64,000 bases of DNA, taken from positions 100,481-164,480 of the forward strand of contig CAVYGQ010000001.1 in the NCBI GenBank assembly GCA_963768175.1. Direction: 5' to 3'. A program made the translations under genes and the position numbers. Below the pieces are notes generated by a model. It worked only from the letters and a program-made list of their open reading frames with translations. It had not been told where the DNA came from and did not search any database. Source of the stretch: Candidatus Doudnabacteria bacterium. GTDB taxonomy: Bacteria; Patescibacteriota; Doudnabacteria; UBA920. Of this stretch, positions 36,875 to 44,937 are shown in pieces. Positions within the stretch are counted from its first letter, which is position 1. Each line of letters starts with the position of its first letter.

Positions 36875-37236
36875 AATAAACACCCTCAGCAGAGACGGTC
36901 TTCCGGTAAGCTGGAAGACCGCTCTGCGAGGGCGCCCTGCGCCAAGAGGGGTTAACACCGGAGGGGCTGGCGCAGGATTTTTTGGGGGGAAGAGGCCTGA
37001 GGAGGCACTACAGTTTGGCCTCAACCCCCTGCTGCCTAAGGAACTTTTGACACCTCTCCAGAGCACGAGAGAGGAGAGGGCTTAGGAGGTTACCTCCCGG
37101 AATCTAAAGTATCCGGGAATGTCCCTGGGGGCAGCGAGCTTATGATTCCGTCCTATAATGAATTTTTGAGCCGGCGGGAGCCCACAGGCGTGGGTCTCGG
37201 AGGAGAAGGATCCCCCGCCGGCTGTCCCGAAGTATG
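36875..37236 (-). ncRNA. Candidate structured ncRNA 1
   Basis: ttgctt-16-tataat promoter (37271-37244, minus), GC-rich stems, terminal hairpin plus T-rich tail; motifs shared with 46976-47372. Confidence 0.55.
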
Positions 37237-37275
37237 TAAATATATTATAGGATTTTCTGTAAAGAAAGCAAGACT

Positions 37276-37305
37276 AAAAACACCCCAAATAATTGGGGTG
37301 TTTTT
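37276..37305 (-). terminator. Intrinsic terminator after tRNA-Glu
   Basis: aaaaacaccccaaataattggggtgttttt. Confidence 0.8.
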
Positions 37306-37380
37306 TGGTAGCGCTACAGGGAATCGGACCCTGATTTGTTGGCTGAGAACCAACCGTCCTAACCATTAGACGATAGCGCC
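37306..37380 (-). tRNA. tRNA-Glu(CUC)
   Basis: GGCGCTATCGTCTAATGGTTAGGACGGTTGG-TTCTCAG-CCAACAAATCAGGGTCCGATTCCCTGTAGCGCTACCA; T-loop has TCC in place of TTC. Confidence 0.92.
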
Positions 37381-37619
37381 ATAATTGTATCAAATAATTC
37401 TTGCCTAGCTTTATAATAATGTTTAAGGTGGTATTCTCTTTTTCGTGCTTCCGTTAAGGTAGGGCATTCTTCAGTATAGACAATTTTAAAAGGTCTGTAT
37501 GGTTTGGTTGATTTGACCTTACCGTTGTTATGGTATCGCAATCTTTGTTCTTTATCTTCTGTACATCCGATGTACTTCCAATTTTGCTTTAAGCTTTGTA
37601 ATACATATATCCAAGCCAT
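37359..37619 (-). CDS. GIY-YIG nuclease family protein overlapping the tRNA-Glu 5' end
   Basis: IYVLQS..YIGCT..RLRYHN.G..STK.YRP..VYTE..ARKRE; stop codon lies in the tRNA D-loop. Confidence 0.9.
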   Translation of the reverse strand: MAWIYVLQSLKQNWKYIGCTEDKEQRLRYHNNGKVKSTKPYRPFKIVYTEECPTLTEARKREYHLKHYYKARQELFDTIMALSSNG

Positions 37620-37674
37620 AAAATCGATTTAATCATAGACCGTTTCCGCCGAAGGCGGACCCGCCTCCGGCGGG

Positions 37675-37696
37675 CTAACCATTAGACGATAGCGCC
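37675..37696 (-). repeat. 22-bp duplicate of the tRNA-Glu 5' end
   Basis: ctaaccattagacgatagcgcc is identical to 37359-37380. Confidence 0.92.
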
Positions 37697-37928
37697 TCGT
37701 CGCGCTTTACTTCGCGCTTTCGTTCCGACTTCGATCGGAACTTTCGCGCTTCGTAAAGTGCTCCTCTTCCCCAAAAATCCGTGCTCGTCCCGACTAGTCG
37801 GGACTGCGCTCCTGATTTTTGGGGACCCCTTTATTAGGGGGTCTGTGATATTCTATCAAATTTTGAGAATTTAGCCAAGTGTGGCATAATTAAATAAAGC
37901 ATGTAACATAAAACATGTAGCATTTTGC

Positions 37929-39149
37929 ATGACACAAAAACAGATATTAAAATTCCCAGAAGGTTTTTTGTGGGGAGCGGCTTCAAGCGCTTATCAGACC
38001 GAAGGCAATAACACCAACACTGATTGGTGGGCATGGGAACATTCGCCCCGCCGGGAAGACCAGCTATTGGCGGAACGCAAAAACCTTATCGATTACCAAA
38101 GCGGGCTGGCTACGGATTTTTGGCATCGTTATGACGAAGACTTTGCTTTAGCACAGCAATTAAATCACAATGCCACGCGTTTTAGCGTTGAATGGTCGCG
38201 GATTGAACCAGTAGAAGGGAGGTTTGATGAACAGGTTTTGGACCATTATGAAAAAATGCTTCAGTCGGCCAAATTCCACGGTTTAAAAGTATTTTTGACC
38301 ATCCACCATTATACTTCGCCGGTTTGGTTTATGGAGCGCGGTGGTTTTACCAAACGTGGCAATTTGTTCCATTTTTTGCGCTACGCGCAAAAAGTCGCGG
38401 AGCGATTCCATGAATACGTGGATTTCTGGGTGACTATTAACGAACCCGGGCTTTACGCTGGGCAAAGCTATTGGCTCGGCGTCCATCCGCCGCAAGTTAA
38501 GAATTTCCGCCTGGCTTGGAAAGTCGCCGACAACATGATATTGGCCCACAACCAGCTTAGCCAGTTTCTCCGCACAAATTTTTCCCAACCAGTAAGCCTT
38601 GCTTTTAACCTGTGCGACTTTCAGCCGGCCGGATTTTTGGGCGGACTGGCTACGGATTTGGCCGATTACGTTGTTAACGAATATATTATCCGGCGGACAA
38701 TTGACGCCTGTGATTATATTGGCGTGAATTATTATTTTCATCACCACATCGGTATTTTTGGCATCCGCAAGCATAGCCACAGCCAGCATGACAACACCGA
38801 CCGCGGCTGGGGCATCCATCCAGACGGCATTGAACGGGTGCTTTTAGGATTAAAAAAGTTTCGCAAGCCGATTTACATTATTGAAAACGGAGTTGCGGAC
38901 GCTAAAGATGAAAAGCGGGAGCAATTTATTAAGGATCATCTGTTTTACGTATACAGCGCCATCCAAAAAGGCGCGGACGTGCGCAGTTATTTGTACTGGT
39001 CACTGACCGATAATTTTGAGTGGGAAGAAGGCTTCTGGCCCAGGTTCGGGCTTATAGAAATCGAGCGGGAAAATCTGCTTCGGCGCAAAGTGCGCTTTAG
39101 CGCCTTAAAGTATGCGGAAATATGCAAAACTAATACTTTAGAGTATTAG
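37929..39149 (+). CDS. Glycoside hydrolase family 1 (beta-glucosidase-like)
   Basis: FPEGFLWGAASSAYQTEG, RFSVEWSRIEP, TINEP, IENG, DNFEW. Confidence 0.93.
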   Translation: MTQKQILKFPEGFLWGAASSAYQTEGNNTNTDWWAWEHSPRREDQLLAERKNLIDYQSGLATDFWHRYDEDFALAQQLNHNATRFSVEWSRIEPVEGRFDEQVLDHYEKMLQSAKFHGLKVFLTIHHYTSPVWFMERGGFTKRGNLFHFLRYAQKVAERFHEYVDFWVTINEPGLYAGQSYWLGVHPPQVKNFRLAWKVADNMILAHNQLSQFLRTNFSQPVSLAFNLCDFQPAGFLGGLATDLADYVVNEYIIRRTIDACDYIGVNYYFHHHIGIFGIRKHSHSQHDNTDRGWGIHPDGIERVLLGLKKFRKPIYIIENGVADAKDEKREQFIKDHLFYVYSAIQKGADVRSYLYWSLTDNFEWEEGFWPRFGLIEIERENLLRRKVRFSALKYAEICKTNTLEY

Positions 39150-39236
39150 TTTTTCTACTAAATACTAAAGTAACTAAATACGAAAGTGAGCAAAAGAAGG
39201 TTTAGTATTTCGCCCCCTTCGTATTTAGTAGAAAAA
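39150..39236. repeat. Junction hairpin (TTTTCTACTAAATAC...GTATTTAGTAGAAAA)
   Basis: Inverted arms with internal ctaaatac repeats fill the spacer. Confidence 0.75.
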
Positions 39237-39240
39237 AAGA

Positions 39241-40125
39241 ATGATAACCCTTCTAACAATCTTCCAATATCTAATCCAGGCGGTTGTAGATTTAATGGAT
39301 AAATTTTTGATTACCGCTCGGAGGGTGGAACCGGTAAAGTATACTTTTTATACCGTGGTAACGGGGTTAGTTATTTTGGTTATTTGGCCCTGGAATTACT
39401 ATTCTCTGCCGGCGCATTTTATTTTTTTGTGCTTGCTTTCGGGCGCCGTATTTTCTTTGGCGATGTATGTGTTTTTTAAAGCGCTTGCCCAAGGCGAAGT
39501 CTCCCGTGTGGTGCCGTTTGTATTCGGTCTCGTGCCAGTTTTTGACATTTTAATATCGGTAGTAACAGGCAGGGACGTATTGCGTCCCAATGAAGTAGCG
39601 GCGATGTTTTTGCTCATACCTGGCGCTTTATTAGTTTCCCACCAAAAAGCCGGCGGGTGGGGCAGCCACGCGGCGCTAAAGACTTTAGCCGCGTTTTTGA
39701 TGAGTTGTAATTACGCTCTTTGGCAATATGCCGCCCAAAAAGGCCCGGTGCTTAATAATTTGATGTGGAACCGTCTGGGTGCAGCTTTGGTTTTGTTTGT
39801 TTTGCTGATTTTGCCTAGTTTTAGGCATAAGGTTTTTTCTGTCGATGAAGTAAGAAGTAAATCTGGAACATCGGTTATATTTTTATTTAAACAATTGCTG
39901 GGCGGCCTGAATTTTGTATTTTTTAGTTTTTTGCTGGTCTTGGGCAAAATTGCCATTGTTAACGGCTTGCAGGGTTTCCGCTACGTATTTTTGTTGTTTT
40001 TCAGCCTGTTTTTGACTAAGAGACGGCGTTACTTGATATCGGAAAATCATAATAGTCAAATCCTAACCCAAAAGAGTTTTGGAATAGTTTTGATTTTTAT
40101 CGGTACGATTTTGCTATTTATGTAA
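39241..40125 (+). CDS. EamA/DMT-family transporter-like membrane protein
   Basis: About 10 TMs, FKALAQGEVSRVVP. Confidence 0.75.
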   Translation: MITLLTIFQYLIQAVVDLMDKFLITARRVEPVKYTFYTVVTGLVILVIWPWNYYSLPAHFIFLCLLSGAVFSLAMYVFFKALAQGEVSRVVPFVFGLVPVFDILISVVTGRDVLRPNEVAAMFLLIPGALLVSHQKAGGWGSHAALKTLAAFLMSCNYALWQYAAQKGPVLNNLMWNRLGAALVLFVLLILPSFRHKVFSVDEVRSKSGTSVIFLFKQLLGGLNFVFFSFLLVLGKIAIVNGLQGFRYVFLLFFSLFLTKRRRYLISENHNSQILTQKSFGIVLIFIGTILLFM

Positions 40126-40132
40126 ACTGCCT

Positions 40133-41122
40133 ATGCCGAAGAAAATTTTTATTGCTTTAATTGTGGTTATCATGGCCGTTTGGCTGGTGACTCTAAATGC
40201 CGGGCCAAAGGCCAAAACCATCCGTTATGGCGTGACTTTTAGCGTACCATACGCGCAGGGCCTTGGGATAGACTGGAAAGCGGCTTACTCCAGTGTAGTA
40301 ACCGATCTTAACGTAAAATTAATTCGCATTCCGGTTTATTGGGATGAAGTGGAAAATACACGTGACCAATATAATTGGGGCGACATAGATTATATGTTAA
40401 GTCTGGCTGAGCAAAATCATGTGCAGGTTATTTTGGTTGTCGGCAAAAGACTTCCGCGCTGGCCGGAATGCCACGAACCTTCGTGGGCTTCCAAATTGTC
40501 AAGCGCCGACGAACAAAACGCTCAGCTGTCTTATATGGAAACAGTAGTGCAAAAATATGAAGGCAATAGCGCCGTAACAACCTGGCAAGTGGAAAATGAG
40601 CCATTTTTGTCTTCTTTCGGCCTATGTCCGCCTTTGGACGTAAGTTTTTTTGATAAAGAAATCGCTTTGGTAAAAAGTTTGGACCCAGCCAGGCCGGTGT
40701 TGATTACCGACAGCGGCGAGCTTAACTGGTGGGTTTACGCCTCCGCCCGCGGAGACGAATTCGGCACTACCTACTACCGCTATGTTTATTCCGACGTGCT
40801 ACACCGCTACTGGACAAATTTTTATTTTTTTTCGTGGTTTTATCGTTTTAAGGCCGGTATGTTAAGATTAATGCATCCTGGGAAACCTGTTATAATATCC
40901 GAGCTTGAGGCCGAGCCTTGGACTACGGCCGGTATTCCTGACACCCCCATTGATCAGCAGTTTAAGACAATGAGCATGTATAATTTTAATACTATAATAG
41001 CCCACGCCTCCGGAACCGGATTTTCACCGCAGTACCTGTGGGGCGTGGAATGGTGGTATTGGATGAAGCAGCACGGGCATCCGGAGTTTTGGGAAAGAGC
41101 AAAACAACTTTTTGATCAGTAA
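40133..41122 (+). CDS. Secreted clan GH-A glycoside hydrolase (GH5/GH42-like)
   Basis: RIPVYWDEVE, WQVENEP acid/base, ISELEAEPW nucleophile. Confidence 0.75.
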   Translation: MPKKIFIALIVVIMAVWLVTLNAGPKAKTIRYGVTFSVPYAQGLGIDWKAAYSSVVTDLNVKLIRIPVYWDEVENTRDQYNWGDIDYMLSLAEQNHVQVILVVGKRLPRWPECHEPSWASKLSSADEQNAQLSYMETVVQKYEGNSAVTTWQVENEPFLSSFGLCPPLDVSFFDKEIALVKSLDPARPVLITDSGELNWWVYASARGDEFGTTYYRYVYSDVLHRYWTNFYFFSWFYRFKAGMLRLMHPGKPVIISELEAEPWTTAGIPDTPIDQQFKTMSMYNFNTIIAHASGTGFSPQYLWGVEWWYWMKQHGHPEFWERAKQLFDQ

Positions 41123-41234
41123 TTAGTTTTAGGGTATGGCGGCCAGTGTAGTTATAAGGTGCTGGGTGTAAGGTATCCACTTTAAACTTACAACTAAAGA
41201 CCAAACCGGCTTCTAAAACTAACAACATACAACT
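41120..41234. repeat. Junction inverted-repeat element, same family as 17410-17553
   Basis: ttagttttag...ctaaaactaa arms ending at the ROK ATG. Confidence 0.65.
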
Positions 41235-42026
41235 ATGAATAAAATTATAGGAATTGACATTGGAGGGACAAAAATTACCGGTATTGTGTTTGACCCGTCT
41301 CGCTCTCGGCTCGCCGAGGCGGGCGGAAAAAAAGTTTTAAAAGAGTTGACTATCGTGACGCCAAAAACAGCCGCCGATTTTGCCTACAGCTTAAAACACC
41401 TTGTTGGTTTTTTATCGGCGGGACGTAAAATCCACGCTGTCGGCGTCGGCATGGCTGGGGTAATAGACACTAAGCGGAAGATCGCGGTTTATTCACCGAA
41501 TATTAAATGTATTAATAACTTTAATTTTAAGAAGTTGTTTGGCCGGCGGTTTAAGATTGAGGTTGCCAACGATGCCAAGTGTTTTGCTTTAGCGGAGGCC
41601 AGGTTAGGCCAAGGAAAAAATTACAACAGCGTTGTAGGAGTAATTTTAGGTACCGGCGTAGGTAGTGGTTTTGTTTTAGGCGGAAAAGTTTATACCGGAG
41701 AGCATTATGGAGCCGGGGAAGTAGGTCGGATGCTTTATGATGGCAGGCATACTTTTGAAAGCTTGTATCAAAAAGCCCGTGATTCCTATAATAACAAACA
41801 GTTATCGCAAATAGTAGGCGTCTTGCTGTGGGATTTTTGCCGCATGCTTGATCCGAATATTATTGTTTTGGGCGGGGGAGTCGCAACCGATAGAAAACGT
41901 AAATTCGTGGAAGAGGCTAAAACAATTTGTGCTGGTATGTTTTCATCTTACAGAATAAAGCCGCGCATAGCGGTTTCCAAATTAAAAAATGCGGGTGCTT
42001 TGGGCGCCGCGCTGTTGGTCGAATAA
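41235..42026 (+). CDS. ROK family sugar kinase with in-frame palindromic insert
   Basis: IGIDIGGTKI, NDAKCFALAE, LGTGVG, AGEVG, AGALGAA; insert at 41294-41323 (PSRSRLAEAG). Confidence 0.9.
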   Translation: MNKIIGIDIGGTKITGIVFDPSRSRLAEAGGKKVLKELTIVTPKTAADFAYSLKHLVGFLSAGRKIHAVGVGMAGVIDTKRKIAVYSPNIKCINNFNFKKLFGRRFKIEVANDAKCFALAEARLGQGKNYNSVVGVILGTGVGSGFVLGGKVYTGEHYGAGEVGRMLYDGRHTFESLYQKARDSYNNKQLSQIVGVLLWDFCRMLDPNIIVLGGGVATDRKRKFVEEAKTICAGMFSSYRIKPRIAVSKLKNAGALGAALLVE

Positions 42027-42033
42027 AAAAATT

Positions 42034-42168
42034 ATGGTTACAAACAAAAAGAAGTTTTTTTTACTCTTGGGACTGTTAACTTTACTGGCCGCGGCTTGCG
42101 CTAAAATTCAGTTGCAGCAGACGGTTCCGACTTCGCCAAAGGAATCTTACGAACAATTGCCGCAGTAG
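42034..42168 (+). CDS. Putative 44-aa lipoprotein (not in ORF track)
   Basis: MVTNKKKFFLLLGLLTLLAAA-CAK signal peptide with lipobox. Confidence 0.55.
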   Translation: MVTNKKKFFLLLGLLTLLAAACAKIQLQQTVPTSPKESYEQLPQ

Positions 42169-42186
42169 GTTTGGGTTTTACGCTTT

Positions 42187-42981
42187 TTAGTTTGCCTCTT
42201 TCCCTTCGTCCTCGCCTTCTTTACTATTAATATTCTCTTGACTAGCGGGCTCTTGCGTTATAGATTTCGCGGTTTCGGTTTGCGCCGGCGCGGCTTCGGC
42301 AGGAGATTGGGGGCTTGATTCAAAAGTTAATGCTTGCTGGTTTAGACCTGGAGTTTGGGGAAGCTTAATTTGCTCCACTAATTTTGAAAATTCCGGCAGC
42401 TGGTTAACCGAAGCCAAACCCAAATGCATCAAAAATTCCGTTGTGGTTTGGTATAGGAAGCTCCGGGCATCGGCCGGGTTGCTGATTTTTTCTACTAGGC
42501 CGCGCATGAGCAAATGGCGCAGGCTGTATTGGGAGTTTACGCCTCTAATGGCTTCTATTTCTCCTTTGGAAATTGGCTGGCGGTAGGCGACTATGGCCAA
42601 AACTTCCACCGTGGCATCGGTTAGTTTTTCGCGGAGTTCGGCGTTTAGGAAATTTTTTACTTGTGTTGAGCAAGTGCTGTTGGTGGAAAGCTGGTATTCA
42701 CCATTATTTTTTAAAAGTATAATTCCGGAATCTTTTTTTTCTTCGGCCAAAGCTTCCAGCGCCATTTTAACGTCAGCTTCTTCCAATTCCAAAATCTTGG
42801 CAAAATCTTTAGCCTTAAAAGGTTTGCTTGCCACAAACAGTAAGGCCTCTAAAGTTTTCTTTACCCAGTTAGCGGACAACTTTGAAGGTTTTTCTTTCGA
42901 AACTTGTTTGGTAGTCGCCGTAAGCCCATCTTTCGTTTGATCACCCGTTCCGCTAATGAGGTTTAACTGTTCCTGTTCCAT
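42187..42981 (-). CDS. scpB: Segregation and condensation protein B
   Basis: LEALLFVASKP, LTDATVEVLAIVAYRQPISKGEIEAIRGVNS, YQTTTEFL. Confidence 0.94.
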   Translation of the reverse strand: MEQEQLNLISGTGDQTKDGLTATTKQVSKEKPSKLSANWVKKTLEALLFVASKPFKAKDFAKILELEEADVKMALEALAEEKKDSGIILLKNNGEYQLSTNSTCSTQVKNFLNAELREKLTDATVEVLAIVAYRQPISKGEIEAIRGVNSQYSLRHLLMRGLVEKISNPADARSFLYQTTTEFLMHLGLASVNQLPEFSKLVEQIKLPQTPGLNQQALTFESSPQSPAEAAPAQTETAKSITQEPASQENINSKEGEDEGKEAN

Positions 42982-43202
42982 AAAATGAATAATCCGATAA
43001 TTATTAAAATGCCTGCATATAATAAAATTGTCGGTTTGCGGCCTAAAAAGTTGCTTAAGCTTTTTTTATCCTGAAGCGGCGGTTTTATCCAGTCATGAGC
43101 CAGCAGCCAGCCTAGCGTGTGGTTGTAAATATCGTCTATGGCCAAAGAGCCGTAACAGACTCCGGCTAAAAGAAATATTAATCCAATAAGCGTCTTATCC
43201 AT
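42963..43202 (-). CDS. Small two-TM protein between scpA and scpB
   Basis: 79-aa ORF overlapping both neighbours. Confidence 0.6.
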   Translation of the reverse strand: MDKTLIGLIFLLAGVCYGSLAIDDIYNHTLGWLLAHDWIKPPLQDKKSLSNFLGRKPTILLYAGILIIIGLFILWNRNS

Positions 43203-43917
43203 TGTTTGTGGTTTCCTGATTATACTTTTTTATTACCACATCCGCGAACAGCGCTTCCTGGTCGGCCACAAAAATTTTTTGCTTTATCAGCTCCAAAAGG
43301 GCTAAAAAAGTCACAATTATTTCACCCCTGTTTTTTGCGGTCGCGATTAAATCGCTGAGCTTGGTTTCTATTTTGGTGCTTAAAAAGTTCCTTAAATGGT
43401 CAATCTTTTCTTGAATAGAAATGGCTTCCTTAAGTTTGGCTTTGGGCAGGTTGTCCAGTTCTTTTAAGCCTTTCAAAACGGTTAAAATTGCCGCGTAAAG
43501 TTCTTTGGTGCTTATGTTGGGGTCGGGATAAAAATTAACCCTTTGTTCAAAGGTTATTGAACGTAAAAATCCTTGCCGTCTTTTATTGTCTAACTTTTTA
43601 AGGTATTTTGCGGCTTCTTTAAACTGTTTGTATAAAATCAGCTTGGCCTCCAAATCAAACCCGGCGTCTTCTTCTTCCGGCTCCAGCTCCAGCGTGGGCA
43701 AAATGGCTTTGGATTTTATAACCAAAAGTTTGGCGGCAATAGCTAGGTAATCTGCCAACACCGTCGGGTCAATTTTTTCCAAATGCTTGAGGTATTGCAA
43801 AAACTGCTCGGTAACTTCGGCCAGGGCGATTGTCGTAATATCCAATTGCCGCTGCTCAATAAGCGAGAGCAGCAAATCCAGCGGTCCTTCAAATTGTTTA
43901 ACTTTTGTTTGTAACAT
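43195..43917 (-). CDS. scpA: Segregation and condensation protein A
   Basis: FEGPLDLLLSLI, IKSKAILP, IVTFLALLELIK. Confidence 0.95.
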   Translation of the reverse strand: MLQTKVKQFEGPLDLLLSLIEQRQLDITTIALAEVTEQFLQYLKHLEKIDPTVLADYLAIAAKLLVIKSKAILPTLELEPEEEDAGFDLEAKLILYKQFKEAAKYLKKLDNKRRQGFLRSITFEQRVNFYPDPNISTKELYAAILTVLKGLKELDNLPKAKLKEAISIQEKIDHLRNFLSTKIETKLSDLIATAKNRGEIIVTFLALLELIKQKIFVADQEALFADVVIKKYNQETTNNG

Positions 43918-43929
43918 CAGGCAGACAAA

Positions 43930-43969
43930 CCAGTGGGAAAGTTGTACAAATGTACAACTTTCCCACTGG
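43930..43969. repeat. Near-perfect palindrome between ybaK-like gene and scpA
   Basis: ccagtgggaaagttgtaca-aa-tgtacaactttcccactgg. Confidence 0.8.
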
Positions 43970-43973
43970 CGGA

Positions 43974-44528
43974 TTATTTTTTATTTTTTGAAAAGTTACC
44001 CAAGACTGGTTTAACAAGTTTTTCAAAATCCTTGAGCGCGATTTCCACGCTGTCGGTGTAAGTGCCGGCGCTTGCAACCATTTTCTTGGCTCGCGACATG
44101 CCTTTGTCCAGTAACGTCTGAAGATTATATTCGGAGCCAAACGGGTGCAACAAGCCGACTTTGGTTTTTAGGTATACGGTGATATCTTTTTCCGAAGCCA
44201 TCGATACCTTTTTGGCCTTAAGCGCTTTTTTGATGCCGGAAAAGTCCACGTATTTGCCAGCGGGCAATACAATTAACACGAGATCAGAGGACAGTCCTTT
44301 TTTTAAGGGACTGTCCTCTTTCCATCCGTCAACCTTAACCAAAACCACTTTCGCTATTTCGTTAAGTTTCTTTTTAGTCGTTTGCGCGGCATCGTGTGCT
44401 GTATAAACCACCTTATGGCTTAAAGTTTTATATTTAACCTTGGCTTTGTCTAAAAGTTTGGTAACTTTGGTTTCCAGCTTTTTTACTTGCTTTTCAATGG
44501 TTGGTTTTTTTGATGCTTTTTTCTTCAT
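43974..44528 (-). CDS. YbaK/ProX aminoacyl-tRNA editing domain protein with in-frame palindrome
   Basis: HKVVYTAHDAA, IAKVVLVK, MASEKD, VGLLHPFG; palindrome at 44286-44319 (EDSPLKKGLSS). Confidence 0.82.
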   Translation of the reverse strand: MKKKASKKPTIEKQVKKLETKVTKLLDKAKVKYKTLSHKVVYTAHDAAQTTKKKLNEIAKVVLVKVDGWKEDSPLKKGLSSDLVLIVLPAGKYVDFSGIKKALKAKKVSMASEKDITVYLKTKVGLLHPFGSEYNLQTLLDKGMSRAKKMVASAGTYTDSVEIALKDFEKLVKPVLGNFSKNKK

Positions 44529-44794
44529 AGGCTTTGAGCTTTTTTCTTATTCTTTACAAAGAAAATAATAATTAAAGCAACAATCAGATATACCACAACT
44601 GGCAAAAAAGCATTATTGAAAATATATTGTGCTTTAGAACAAAGACTTATTGTTATTTGCCTGTAAAAAATATCATGTGCGCAAAAAAATATTGCTTTTC
44701 CGCTACCGGGGTCGATAACACCCGAGCTTGGAGTTAAATACGGTAGCAGGATAATTAAAAAGCCCGCTGACAATCCGATAATTGTTTTTTTCAT
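44525..44794 (-). CDS. Small membrane protein
   Basis: 89 aa, two TMs. Confidence 0.55.
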   Translation of the reverse strand: MKKTIIGLSAGFLIILLPYLTPSSGVIDPGSGKAIFFCAHDIFYRQITISLCSKAQYIFNNAFLPVVVYLIVALIIIFFVKNKKKAQSL

Positions 44795-44937
44795 AGGTTT
44801 TTTGTTATTTTTTAAAAGAAAAAACTTTTAATTTTACTGAGCTTTGTGTCCCGGATTTTTTTGCGGCTCATGATAATCATCAACGCAAAAAATTTCGGGA
44901 TGGGACTTGAAGATTCAGCGACAAATCAGTGTACTAA

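Noticed and set aside
36872-37369. Short ORFs in the GC-rich region near tRNA-Glu
   Set aside because: Non-ATG or weak starts, low-complexity products, overlap with stems and the tRNA; better explained as structured RNA.
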